From Lama glama (lineage: Eukaryota), in NCBI GenBank assembly GCA_028534125.1, contig CM052816.1, positions 25,980,001 through 26,044,000 on the forward strand: DNA of 64,000 nucleotides, in the 5' to 3' direction. This document shows positions 26,261 through 38,750 of this stretch, in pieces. Every line of letters begins with the position of its first letter. Within the stretch, counting starts at the first letter, position 1. The notes under the pieces are model-generated. The model was given only the letters and a program-made list of their open reading frames with translations, had not been told where the DNA came from and ran no database searches. The position numbers and the translations under genes are program-made.

Positions 26261-29200
26261 CAACTCTGGTCTTCTAATCAGTCTCCCTTTCTCGTTCTTT
26301 ATGTTACAATGAGTGTGTGTTTATATATATGTAACATGCAGGCAGACACATGCAGAGCAAAGCCACAGAACTGCAGACACTCAGGTGATGTGGAGAAAAT
26401 GTATTTTCGTTTTTCTGTAACTGATCTGATAACCCCCTTGAGACCTCACTCCCTGCCTGTGGAAGCAAAACCCACATTTTATAGTCTAGTCAGATAAACT
26501 TAGTCTGATCTGAGGCAGGTATTTAAAAAATCTCTTTGGATCACTCAGTCTCTTTCTGTTTGACTCGGGTACAATTCAGGCTTGCAGAGTTCAGTGCTCT
26601 ACTCGTACGTTTCTCCGAGAAGCTGTCTGAATGATGCACGTGACCTCATGGCATTTGGAAGGAGGGGTGTCTGGATCCTTGCTGGGAGGCACCGCTCCCT
26701 GTGTTGGTGATGTCTGAGGTGCTATGGGTCCCAGGTGGCATTTCCAGGTCATGTACGGCCATCCCCTCTGGGCCCATTGGCTCACTGTGGAAGGAGGTCT
26801 CTTCGGCCGGGCTACAGCCCTCTTGTCCTTCTGAGAGCTAACATCCCTCGTGTCTCGTCATTGCTAACGCTGGCTCCCTCGCACTTCGTGCCTGGACCTC
26901 GGGGAGCCAGGAACTCTTCTCCCCTCCTGTACTGGACGTCTTGCCAAGCAGGGTTGTATCTCTGTGCCCACTTAGGCTGGGCAGAGGGAACTCAGCCGTA
27001 TGCAAATCATATAGCAGCCCAGGCTGGGATTTAGAACTGCTTTCAGTATCGCCCAGAGCGAGAAATGAGGGGTCTAACAATTGAACACAGTTAAACTGTC
27101 TTTTTTTGGATAGGCTTCATTCTACTTTGTAAATTCCACATGACCTGCCTTACCCTCCCATCTGGGTCAAGATTTGTTCTTAGAAAATGTTGCCAGGGCA
27201 ACAGTGCCTGTGGCTTTTTAAGGTATTTCAGAAGTGGCTGAAGAGCTCTCTTCATCTGCTGGTGAAGCTACTTGGGATAAGAGAGAGGCCTTATGTCAAT
27301 TTGTTTCTTATTAAGATCACATTAATAAGCATTACTCATGTAAGTTTCCCAGGCAAACAGTAATTCTCGGGCTTGTGCTTCCATGTTTCTGAACACAAAA
27401 TTCTCCATCTCTACGCCCTTGCGGTACCAGAGCTCAGCTCTCAAAAGACAAACAGGTTAAATCACTTCACTTGCTTCATGTCCTCTGAAAGCACAATCCA
27501 GTTTGGTTCACGTGGCTGTTGAAGACAGTCTGGAGAAGTGTGGGTCCGTTAGGAGTTCAGTGTGGGAGCACATATTGTGCATCTGGTTGTATGTGGATTG
27601 GTAGTTGGGGTCACGAAGCGGGTATTGTTTGCCAGGCACCAGGGAGAACCTGCGTGAATGTTAGGAAGTTGCCCTCAGATTGGGATGGAGGACTGGATAA
27701 TCGAGGAGCCTGGAGACAGCCCTGTGCTCTGTACCCAGCCTGAAAGGGAACAAACCACAGGACTCTGATTTGTCTTGGGTCCAACTGACCATGCAGTAGT
27801 CCCTAATGGAGGCCTGTGTCTTAATATAGAGGATTGGGTAGACTGGGGGTATATTGAAAGACTACCAGTCTCTCTCTGTAGGGAGCAGATTTGCCCTGGC
27901 TCTTATAATGTTTGCATCTGAGGCATAAATGTCTTCATTCAGCCTTCCCTGTTTTGCATTTGGTGAGTAAGATTACTTTTGTACCAACCCCTCAAGGAAA
28001 CAAATCTCTATCAATATGCTTACAAAATATCACCTATAGCCATGAGCCAGGCTGAACTTGAGAGTTGACATGCCAGACAGGAGAGGGGAACTTGGGGCTT
28101 TCTGACTTTGACTTTAATCGGGTTGTTTTAATTATACAGCTCAAGCAATGAGAAGCTTGATTAAATGACTTTGGTTCACTGATGTCTTTAAGTAGCTGAA
28201 TATGTAATTTGTAATTTTACCAGCTCAGTTACCTGTGGGTTACCATGGTAATAAAGCATATGCCAAAATGACATTTGACATTAACTTTATTATTTTAATT
28301 TACAATCACTGAAACACAATAGCACATCCCTACCAATGTACTTCATCTTAAGGTAACCAAGGAAGAATAAATGTACTCACATTTTCAAAGTAGTTATGAA
28401 TTATGGTGAATTAAAGAGAAAAGGTCAAGACCAATTCATTCATCATCCAAATTAAGCCTTCAGTTGATGTGGGCAATTGGGTTAAATGGATTCTCTTGAA
28501 GCTGGTATCTATCTGGCCTTCTAACCTGTGGATTATTTGGTATTTGGTGCTGAACTGAGTTACATCCATACTGCAAAATGTGTTATAATGAGAAGATAGC
28601 ACCCTACCTGCTAGAGCTTAGATTGAGATGTTCTTCCCCTTTGTCAGTGATCTATGGCTATGAAAAATCAGCCTTGGTTGAACTTTCATGATTTAGTTAA
28701 TATTCTAGGAATAATTACTCAGGCATAATGGAAATATAGGGAACTTTGGACAAATTTTTATCCCATGGCAGATTTGTGGCAAAAAGGTGAACTAATGAGA
28801 TAACCTGAAAATGTTTTTAAAAAATTAGTGCAATTCATAATATAGATGACCAAAGTTCAGCATGAAGGAGGACCTAGAACTTTATAGTCACTTGGAAATG
28901 ATTCCACATTAATTAACCATCTCCCAAAGATTGTGGTTGCCATGAACTTTGTCTGTGTCTTTTGAAGAGGTCTTGGATCCTGGCCCTAATCCTGACTCCA
29001 TTCTTGAGCACATCTGACTCTAAGGATGTCCATGTTGCTTCTCTTCCTTCCAGCTCCCATTCGCATTGGATGAAAGCCATACTTTTTATTTTTTAAGTTA
29101 TTTTTGTTGGAGTGATAATTATGGTGAGAGTGCATTTTGGAGTACTTCTTTTACTTTTGGCTACTAAGGGAAAATCATGTCCTATCAGAGGTGGTTGAAC

Positions 29201-30038
29201 ATTCCCACTGTGTCCTGCAATGGCATATATTTTCTTTTAACTTTGGGCATGAAGATGTAGAAGGAATACTTCAGTCTGGCTAATACATTGTTTTTGTCAC
29301 ACAGCCATGTTCAGAAATACCCTTAAAAATAGAGCCTGTATTTTAATGGTAAATGGTGTCCCTCTCAGCTGTGACTAGTGATGGAAAACATAGAATCCAA
29401 CTCTCTTTCCTAAAATGAAACATTCATCTAAAAGCCCACTGAAAGAAAACTGACCTCAGTACACCCCCAACTACCTGTTAGTTATTTATCGAGAAGTTAA
29501 TTCAAATTTTGCCACCAGTCATCAGATTGATTATCTTTCCATCTAATCACTCACGATAGATAATCAAGCCCAAACGAACAGCGAACAAAACCTGAAAGTT
29601 GTACGAAGAGAATGATATTAAAAGGTAGAAAATAAATGTATCCATCAGCTAATGGAGATAAAACCAATAAGCACCAAAAACAGTAAAGAAAACATCAATT
29701 CAGGCAGTGTCCTTTCAGCTGGCCTTAGGAATCACGAGTAGCAATTTGAAACCCTGTTTTTCTCTTGGGAAGAAGTGCTGCCTGGAATATGATATAAACT
29801 ATACTGATCAAATAAAGAGAGCCTCAGGCTAAAACAGAAAGAAAGAAGTTACAACAAAGAAAAACAGCTAGTTGTATGAAATGACACATTTATACACCAG
29901 CAAAGTAAAATTAGAAATCTCCCCCCACGTAAATGTTCTATCAGCGGCAGAAGAAAAATAGCTACATCACAGAGACCAGACTTGAGAAAGAGGATAACAC
30001 AGAATAGAAGATTATTTCAAATAGTTCCCAGAGCATGC

Positions 30039-30063
30039 TGTGTGTGTGTGTGTGTGTGTGTGT
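30039..30063. repeat. (TG)n microsatellite
   Basis: Direct reading, about 12 units. Confidence 0.95.
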
Positions 30064-30899
30064 TTCATCCTGATACAATGATAGCAGTTTTGTTAAGAGT
30101 TACTTGAAATAATTTGAATGTTTTAGGAAAGACATAATTATAAATAATATGAAAAAGTACCTAATGAAATAAAAAAAATATGGGTATAGATTATTAAATT
30201 TTAACAAGTGTTTGACATTCTCTCTCTTCTTTGGAAATTCAGAGCTATTGATCCAGGCAAAATGGTACCCTTTGGCTTTTGTGGGCATCATAAAGCTTAG
30301 AAAAGTGTAACTGATGACAAAATGAAATATTGCAGGGGCATGCTTTGGACGTGATGAATTTGTTATTGCAGAAGCTCCCATTAGAAATTCAATGTCATCT
30401 ATTAGGAAGGCCTCTGTGCCTCGATTTATGCAGCAGATGGGTTTTGAAAGGCAACAGATAAGTAAGATTTTTGTAAATTAAATCAGTGTGCTTGTCATTT
30501 GTGGTTCATCATTTTGTAAAACCAAGAGTCCATTTGTAATGTCAATGATTAGGCCTAGGATATCTGATTATATTATCTAAATCAGATTTTATTCGAGTAA
30601 AGCATAAAAATATTGTTGAAAGCCATTTAAATGTCTGTAAAAATACTAGAATGAGCAGGAGAAAAGTAATTATAGGAAATCATGAATGATTCACATTATA
30701 GTCAATAAAATCTAAACAAGATTTTATGGGTGTTTAATATTTGCAACAACTGGCAATGACTTAACTTTTCTCTCTTCCTCAAGCCAAGCGTTTTAGATTC
30801 CCAGTTCATGTTTTGACTTATCTATAGCATTTTTAGAGTTACCGCTTATTCCCGCTTCACGTATGGTTAAGACATCACCTTCTCCTAGAATTCCTCAGA

Positions 30900-32020
30900 T
30901 CTCATTGTCTGCTTCTCCATCTCCATTTCCGGTTGCATCTCACCTTGGAGCATTCTATGGCTTAGTCCTTGGACCACTTACCCTCTACTGGGCTTCACGT
31001 GCTGAAGATCTTATTTATTCATTGAACCTCATAACTTTAAGTACCATGTATATGTGCATTACATTGACTTCACACCTGAGCTCCAGAATCATACATGCAA
31101 CTACATCCTCAACATTGCCTTTTGGGTGTCAAATGAGCATCTCAAGCCAAACCAAATGCCTGCTTTTCCCCATGCTTCCTCCTGGATGTCTTTCTATTTC
31201 AGTAACTAAAAACTCTATCCTTGTATTTGCTCAAGCTCCAGACTCTGAGTCAATCTTAAATCCTCTTATTCCCACACCACATCTAATCCACTAGCAAAAC
31301 TTCACCTCCACTTCCATTAGCCCGATCTAAACTGCTAACTTGTATGTATTATTCATGATTCCCCTCACCTATCTCCCTACTTCCTCTCTTACCCACCCAC
31401 AGTTTATTCCTCTTAAAGCAACACTTTTAAAGTGATTCTTTTCCAAGTAAGATCAGGTCATTCCTCTACCCCCAATCCTCCAATCATTTGCCATGTCACT
31501 CAAAGTAGAAAACAAAGTCCTTACATTGGCCTTCAAGGCCCCAAATGAGCTGAGTGCAATACCTCCCTGACTTCATCCCTTATTACTCTCATCCTCCGTC
31601 CCTGACCCTTCTCTAGTCACAGCCTCCTGGCTGTCATCCCAATGCGCCAGCCTCACCCCGACCTCAGAGCCTCCGCAGCCTTGGCCTTGACCATGCTTCC
31701 CCCAGGTACTCACGTGGCTATTTCCCATCTTTACTGAAATGTCGTCTTCTCCATGAGATTTTCTCCAAGTACCCAACCTAAAATGCAACTCCCACCCCTG
31801 TCCTCCTGCTCATTTCCTTGCCATTCTCCACAGCACTAACCACAATCTGATATGTAGTAGATATCATATCATTGTCCTTTTTTTTATGCTTCATGCCCAT
31901 TTTCTCCTGCTCTAATTTACATTCCCCAAAGGAAAAAAATTATTATTATTATTTTGGTTCACTGCTACATCCTGGGTATCCATAGAAGCATATAGGAAGG
32001 GTTGAATTGGTAATTGTTGA
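30900..32020 (+). mobile_element. L2 element, ~1.1 kb 3' portion
   Basis: 'cttagtccttggaccact', 'cctgagctccagaatcatacatgcaact', 'ttgctcaagctccagactctgagtcaatctt', 'agtagaaaacaaagtccttaca', 'ttttggttcactgctacatcc'. Confidence 0.8.
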
Positions 32021-32164
32021 GTGTGTCCAAATGGCATTGGGACCACCTTGAATAGTTAAAATATCTAAGTTAGACACCATTCTATTGTAAGGGTTGTTCT
32101 TTGCATCTAGCTGAATTAATAATCTAGAATTGGAATCAGGCTTTTTTTTTTTTTTTTTTTTTTT

Positions 32165-32545
32165 GTTTTGCCCAGTGGCTAAACCAGGGCAGTTCTTGTC
32201 AAAGATGTAAGAAGGCTTCTGGGAAGAAATTTTCCACCCTCATCAAATAGTGGGCGGCACAGGGAAAAGCTTTATTTGCCCTCCTTGCTTCTCATTTTGG
32301 GTATTGCTTATTGATAATGTGATGCTTGAAGCTCCAAGAGCCACCTTCTAACCACTGAGGAAGCAACCTCAACTTCTGAGGATGCCTGAGCAGAAACGCA
32401 GGAATGGTTGGCATCCTTGCTGACAGTGTTGGGTCTTGCCAACCTCAGAACAACCTACCTGTAGACTTCCTGATAAGTGAGATGAGAAAGGCTTGTATTG
32501 CTTAAGACACTCTTCATTGGCTAAAATTATCCTTACTGATCCAGA
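32165..32545 (+). mobile_element. MLT1 (J/K-like) LTR, preceded by poly-T at 32142-32164
   Basis: 'ggcttctgggaaga', 'tgtgatgcttgaagct...gccacctt', 'cctacctgtagacttcctg...gtgaga'. Confidence 0.55.
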
Positions 32546-33744
32546 GGACTCGAACAAGTGAAGACATGGCCATGACTCAAAAATAAAATCTCAATTGTGA
32601 CCATTTCCTCAGAAAAAATGAACACAGAGCTATTCTTGAAAAGAAAGCCTGGGATCATTTAAAATCTCAAAATCTGAAGGATGACTCTTGTTTCCCAGGT
32701 TCTTCACTGGCTTTAGATCTCTGCATAGAGTATAAAATAGCATGAAGCAGCATATAAAGCCGTGTTGCATCCTTCTCCACATTTTTTAGTTACATCCCCC
32801 CACCCCCAACTCTGCTGCCCCCCCTCCCCGCCACCACATGTACACGATGCCAAAGAGTATGCTCCATGGGCACTGATGATGCCAGGCCAGGGTTGGCCTC
32901 ATAACCCCTCTACACTCAGTACTGAATGAGCTCTCCTCATCTGCACAGGGAAGAGCTGCATCCCATCAAGCTACAATGGTGGCCACCTTATTCTTGGTAG
33001 AATTTCTATTTCTCATTATTCTTCCTCTTTAATTCAGCTCCAGATCCTCTGGCTTCAATAAAATGACTTTCTTCTAACATTTTCTTTACAGTGTTGAGCC
33101 ATTGTTCATGCTCAATTAAGGATGATGACAAATAATGCAACTAATAGTAATTAGTAGCTTGAAAGAAAATGATGGCTGAAAAAACAGTAGGGAACTTCCC
33201 AGGAGAATTTTGTTTCTATTTGGACTAGCCGTAAGAAAAATGTAGCGGAAGCATCATCCACCTGGGAGAGAATAAGGCTGGACAAACAGCAAGAAGAGAT
33301 GACGGTGGGGAATTCTGCAATAGTGAGCTAATGAGCCAAAAGACCCAATCGTTTCTTTTAATTCTATTTAATTTCAGAGGTTTAATTTTCACCATTACCA
33401 AATGGTGATTATTACTTCCCCTTGCGAACACAGCATTGACCTGAATACTACCAGCTAGGAGTGGATTATGCCAGTGTGCATTTTGAATTTCCCTTGGTTG
33501 TATTCATAGGGAAACAGTAGCTGGTGAAATGTTTGTAGTAAAGAATGATCCTGCCTTTTGCTTTTGCTGGTTCCTGTGACTGGACTGCCCTCCCCTCTTC
33601 TGCCAGTTCTGTTCCTCAAATCCTTTCCACCCAGGACCCTGCCCTCCTGGAAGCCTTCATGGATCCTTCATCTCCTGTAAGAGGTAGTTCTCGCTCTCAA
33701 TTCCCAAAGTACCTTATTTGCTTCCACACTCAAGCCAACAGGTT

Positions 33745-34385
33745 TTTTTTGCATGTGTGTTGCATGACTTACATACATTGAAATCCACATATCTTAAGTG
33801 TATAGTTTGATGAATTTTAAATATAGCCACCATTCAAGTCAAGATCTAGAATATTTCCAGAAGGTTCCCTCATGCCCTTACTCAAGTCGGTAGGTACCCT
33901 TTCCCCCTGTGTAATCACCATTCTAACCTCTTACTTCATAGACTAGCTTTGCCTGTTTTTGATCCTCATGTAAATCAGTGGTTCTCACCTGAGAGCAATT
34001 TTGTCTCCCAGGGAACATTTGGCACTCTCTAGAACCATTTGTGGTTGTCACAGTAGGCAAGGGATGGAGATGGGGGGATGCACTGGTGTTCTTGGCATCT
34101 GACAGGTGGAGACCAGGGGTGCTTCTAAACATCTTGCAATGCGGACAATGCCTCACTTCAAAGAATTATCTGGCTCAAGATGACTTCAGTAGGGCTGAGG
34201 TTGAGAAGCACTGATAGAAAAAAAAGTTTGTATTCTTTATTCTACATGCCTGACTTCTTTTACACCACATATCTCTGAGACTTATCCATGTTGCTGTGTA
34301 TATCAGTAGCTAGTTCTTATTTATTGCTGTGTACTATTCTGCTCTGTAGATATATTTATTTACTCATTCACTGTTGATGGATAGC
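33745..34385 (-). mobile_element. Old L1 (L1MB/ME-like) 3' region interrupted by MER20
   Basis: 'atcttaagtgtatagtttgatgaatttt', 'caagatctagaatatttcca...ttccctcatgccc', 'ttatccatgttgctgtgtatatcagtag'. Confidence 0.8.
33976..34213. mobile_element. MER20 (hAT-Charlie) DNA transposon
   Basis: TIRs cagtggttctc / gagaagcactg; internal 'caattttgtctcccagggaacatttggca...ttgtcaca...ggcatct...gagaccagggg...ctaaacatc...aaagaattatctggc'. Confidence 0.9.
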
Positions 34386-34399
34386 ACAATGTCATTTTT

Positions 34400-34656
34400 A
34401 AAAACTGAAATATGGTTGATTTACAATATTATATTAATTTTAGATGTACAACATACTGATTTGATATTTTTAGAGATTATGCTCCAGTTAAAAGTTATTA
34501 TCAAATGTTGGTTCTATTCCCTGTGCTGTGCATTACACTCTTGTATCTTACTTATTTTACACCTAGTAGTTTGTGCCTCTTAAGACCCTCCCCTAAAAAA
34601 AAAAAAAAAAAAGACCCTTCCCTTATTTTATCTGTCCCCCAACCCCTCTCCACATC
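34400..34656 (-). mobile_element. 5'-truncated L1 3' end with 13-bp TSD
   Basis: 'atatggttgatttacaatattatattaattttagatgtacaacatactgatt'; flanks caatgtcattttt (34387-34399) and caatatcattttt (34657-34669). Confidence 0.85.
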
Positions 34657-34734
34657 CAATATCATTTTTTAATAGCATACTTAGATACTTATTTCATTGG
34701 TAGATCTTTGTATCCAACTTGGTCGAAGAAAGTC

Positions 34735-34960
34735 AGTATGAAAAAGTGATTAAGAGGTCAGGTTTGGATGCCAGACTGCCTAGATTCAACCTTTGGCTTC
34801 ATGTCATCCCAGTCTTAGGACCTTGGGACCAAGTGACTTCACCTCTCTGTGTCTCAAGTTCCTAGACAGTAAAATAGAGATGAGATAATAGTACCATTTA
34901 TAGGATTTCTAAAAGGATTAAATAAGTCACTACATTTAAAGGGCTTATAATAGTGCTGAA
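34735..34960 (+). mobile_element. MIR SINE
   Basis: 'gccagactgcctagattcaa...gaccttggg...aagtgacttcacctctctgtgtctca...gtaaaatagag...ataatagtacc...aggattaaataag'. Confidence 0.85.
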
Positions 34961-37044
34961 CTATTATTGTATTTTAAGTGCTAGAATATATTGGGCTATG
35001 TGCCCAGCCTAGTTCACTGAGCTTAGTTATTGGTCAAAATTGTTTTGTGTCATAAACAATTACTGATGAGAAGGGGGAAGAAGAAAGAATTAATCGTTTG
35101 AACATTTGTTAAGGCTGCAAAAGAATCTGGTGTTTAGCAAAGGGCCTCTCATAGAATATATCCTTTCCAAACTGGAGCTATCTCCGATAATCAAAAGATT
35201 TGTAGACGATCATTTTTATATCCACTTTAAAATAACAAGTTTCAGGAATTAAAAAAAGAACTCTTAAAGAGAAGAAAAATTCAATGTAAGATTTTACATC
35301 TATTCCAAATTAATCTAGAACTTTAATTATGATTTTTAAGAAACTTTCTCAAAGTTGAACAGAGATAATCATAAACAGACGTTCCAATCTTTCTTTCAGT
35401 CATGAGAAATAGCACACTGGGGGGAAATGACTGAAACTATTTTAGATGTTAATTTAGAAGGTTTTAGAAAGAAATTATATGAAAGGAAACATAGCTAATT
35501 TGCCTGGTTGATTGAGGAAATCATTGGGTGTTTATTATCCACTTGAAGATTATTTTTTCAGTAACTTTCTGAGGCAAATATAAATTCTTTGTCCCTCTTT
35601 ATATGTTACTTATATTCAGATGCAAGTCAGATGTTTGGCCACGTAACACACCTTTTTGGCTCAGTCTGTTGGTTAGTAATTCTGTTAATGAAGTTTGCGC
35701 AGATGGTGAAAGCTCATTCTGAGAAATAGTTCATTTTACAGTACAGATTGTTTGCACAGGACAGATCTTGCTTTGTTGTCACTATAATCCTTACTGTGTA
35801 AATGTAGGTGGTGGTTCACAGCCCTCAGTATCTAATCAGGGTACGATCTGAATGGTGATCTGCTGAAAAATGGATTTAGTGGGTATCATCTGTTACGTAC
35901 AGATTCTGGAGAGAAATCCTAGCTATTGTCTCTCTGTTGAATTTTTCCTAGAAATGACCTTCTTGCTCATGGAAATCTGGGGATGTGGTTTTGTTAACCT
36001 GATGAGATATAAAGGCAGATCCTGGACTTTGTTCATTCAAGTAATGAGTTTATGGATTGTGATATCACCAACTATGCAAAGCTGGCAAGTTGATAACCTG
36101 TGTTCTCTGTAACTGTCTATCATATTACCAAGCTGGGAGTGAGGAGAAGTGAGCTTTGTCAATGGGGCTGAATGACAGTGTTTAAATGATTCAGACATTT
36201 GGAGACTGGTCTGTGGTTGCTAAAGGAGCCAAGCTACTCCATCTGATTCGTGCTCTGCAGAGGCTTCTGGAAAGTGGGCATAATCTGTGACAGCCAGAAA
36301 TGTCGCTGACCGTGAAACTGCTAATGTGGCCTCTTTGGAGTGCGCACAGTTCTTTGACAATGAATAACTGTATAATAAGGTAAAGAAACTTAAGAAAAAG
36401 GTAGATTTTATTAAGATCAGGTGGTACGGCGAATAAAGCACAATTTCTCACTTGATACGTGGGGGGAAATACCAGAAGGAGAAAGACTGTTCTGCATAAT
36501 CCCCACTAGTAAAAGATTTTTTTGAGAAATATTCTAACATGTCAATGACATAGGTACATTTGGTACAACTCATGGAAGTCACTTGCTATGACTTTTGTGA
36601 TGGGTTAGAGAAGAACATAAAGTTATTGCCTCTTGACATGAAGATCTGAAATACATTTTTCCCTGAGACATGACGAGACTGTTAAAGAGAGAACTGACAG
36701 TGAATTCGCAGCACAACCAAAGCTGAGACCTCTTTCCAGCTGAGGTTTGATTAGGAGAACTGCCAAACAAATGTGACCGAGTTTTATTTCCCTGAAAAAA
36801 GCACAGAGCAACAATGAAGACAAGAAGGAAAGTGAGGTCACCATGCTGTCCCTTAGGGAAAAAAAAAATGTCTGATTTTGAGTGGACAACATAGAGATTT
36901 TAGATTCAAATTTCCACTGTAATTTATCCTGGAAGGTTGAAAAAGGATAGTCATTCATTCATTTATTCTTTTTCCACATGTGTCTACTGAGTGTGCTTGC
37001 TGTTGGAGCTGAACTTGCTTTGATTCGGTGGGTGTGTATAAACA

Positions 37045-37200
37045 CGGGTAAATCCTCTTGGGGAGTGATAGAAATGTTAGCTGTCTTGATTGCGGTGATG
37101 GTTTCATTGGTGTATACATTTATCAAAATTCATCAAAATGTACATCTGAAATCTGTGAAGTTTACTGTACAGGAACCATACCACAATAAAGGTGTTAAAA
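37045..37200 (+). mobile_element. L1M 3' terminal fragment
   Basis: 'ggagtgatagaaatgtt...tcttgattgcggtgatggtttca...tgtatacatttatcaaaattcatcaaaatgtaca...caataaag'. Confidence 0.75.
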
Positions 37201-37236
37201 CACACACACATGCGTGCGCACACACACACACACATG
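37200..37236. repeat. Interrupted (CA)n, fully alternating purine-pyrimidine tract
   Basis: acacacacacatgcgtgcgcacacacacacacacatg. Confidence 0.9.
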
Positions 37237-37789
37237 AATGTCAGGTTCTCCTTGGGAATATCCACAACCTCCAAGGATGAAGGCCAGCAAGGCCTCTGCA
37301 TGTCCATCTTGCTGACTGGCCTCTAGGTGGTCCATTGTGATGAAGGTGCGTGTCTGAACAGGGTCTGCCAATCAGTGAGACGTGTATTAGCCGGCAGGTG
37401 CAGGGTGTGGTCCTGAAGAGCCCTCTCTCTCAGATTCTTAGATACCCTGAGCAGCACCTTGCATGAAAGAGGCTTACTGTGAAGCCAGCGTTTGCAGTCT
37501 TTTCTTCTGACAAGCCTCTGGCTCCTCAGTAGAGAAGAGGCAGGCTCGTCCCTCTGGTCCAGCAGCGGTGAGGGTGGCTGATCATCCCGTCTTCCTCTGG
37601 GAGTCATGGGTCCTCTCACATCACTCTCACCCCATCCTGTGTCTGAAACATCGCAAGTTCCACCAATCCCAATATATTTCTAACCTTCCTGTAATAACAA
37701 AGCTGCCCTCCTGTTGATGCTGTTCAGTCTTCACTTATTCCCCCATACATCACATCACACTCCTCACATTCAGATATTTCAGAACCAAT

Positions 37790-38320
37790 CACCAAGTGTA
37801 ACACAGGTTTATTATGTGCCAGGCATTGTGCTGGGGATTCACAAACCAAGTTGCTGCTCTCATAAAATGTACATTCATATGTTAGTTAACTGACGTGTGA
37901 TTTAAACTTGATCGTGAGGAATGCTGTGAAGAAAAATAAAGTAGGTTAAGGGGATTGAAAAGGATGGGTAGAGGTGCTGTTTAGATAGGGAGTTAGGAAA
38001 GGCCAACTTTGAGAGATGCACTGAGCATAGACTGAAGTGAAAAAAAATCTTACAGTTATCTGGGGGTGGGGTGTGCTCTGGAGGAGGACGGAAAATGCAA
38101 AGGCTCTGAGGTCATGGAACTTGGAGTGTTTTGGGAAACAAGGAGCCATTGTGGGGAGAGTGCGGAGTGCAAGTGCATGGCAGGTGGAGAGGTGGCAGGG
38201 CTGCCTCAGGTGGACTGGGGGTGCTGAGATCAAGATGCTGAATCTTACTCTAAATATAACTCAAGGCCATTGGAGAGCTTTGGGCAGGAAAGCAAGACAA
38301 TCAGATGCACTTTTTTAAAA
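37790..38320 (-). mobile_element. L2 3' region
   Basis: 'tattatgtgccaggcattgtgctgggga', 'atgctgtgaagaaaaataaag', 'gttaggaaaggcc', 'aaaatgcaaaggctctgagg', 'gccattggagagctttgggcagg'. Confidence 0.8.
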
Positions 38321-38569
38321 AACCTACAGAAATGTGTAATTTCTATATAGGACTGTCCCCAGTATGTCCTGTGGCAGACTTATCTAGAAGTAATCATTGT
38401 TAACATGTTCAGAGTCAAACTTTCAGTTATTCACAGAAACATCATTCTTTGTAGATGTGGTACAATGACTTCTGTGGAAACTCTCATTTCATCTTTAGAA
38501 AACCCTGTGAGCAATCCTAGTCCCATTTTACTGAGTCTCTGCTATGGCCTGACAATTTGCTGGCTGGTT

Positions 38570-38750
38570 TTCACCTACTTTTGCTGATCTTCACAACTAC
38601 TTTGCAAAGGAGATTTTAATACTGTCATTTGCACGTGAGGAGACTGAGGCTAAGAGAGGTTAAGTGATGGCGTCAGTAGCGCTGAGCCAGGACTTTGACC
38701 CAAGTTTGTACCAGTTCAAACTTGGAAGCCTTCCTTCTTCACTACCAGGT
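38570..38750 (-). mobile_element. MIR SINE
   Basis: 'tcttcacaac...gtgaggagactgaggctaagagaggttaagtga...gctgagccaggactttgacccaag'. Confidence 0.75.

Noticed and set aside
30863..31294. Longest ORF (143 aa)
   Set aside because: Lies within a decayed L2; no recognisable domain or gene context
36192..36290. Protein-looking frame QTFGDWSVVAKGAKLLHLIRALQRLLESGHNL
   Set aside because: No start codon or good acceptor, ends in a stop, and I recognise no homologue
37317..37333. CTCF-like motif tggcctctaggtggtcc
   Set aside because: Mismatch at a core position; not supportable without binding data
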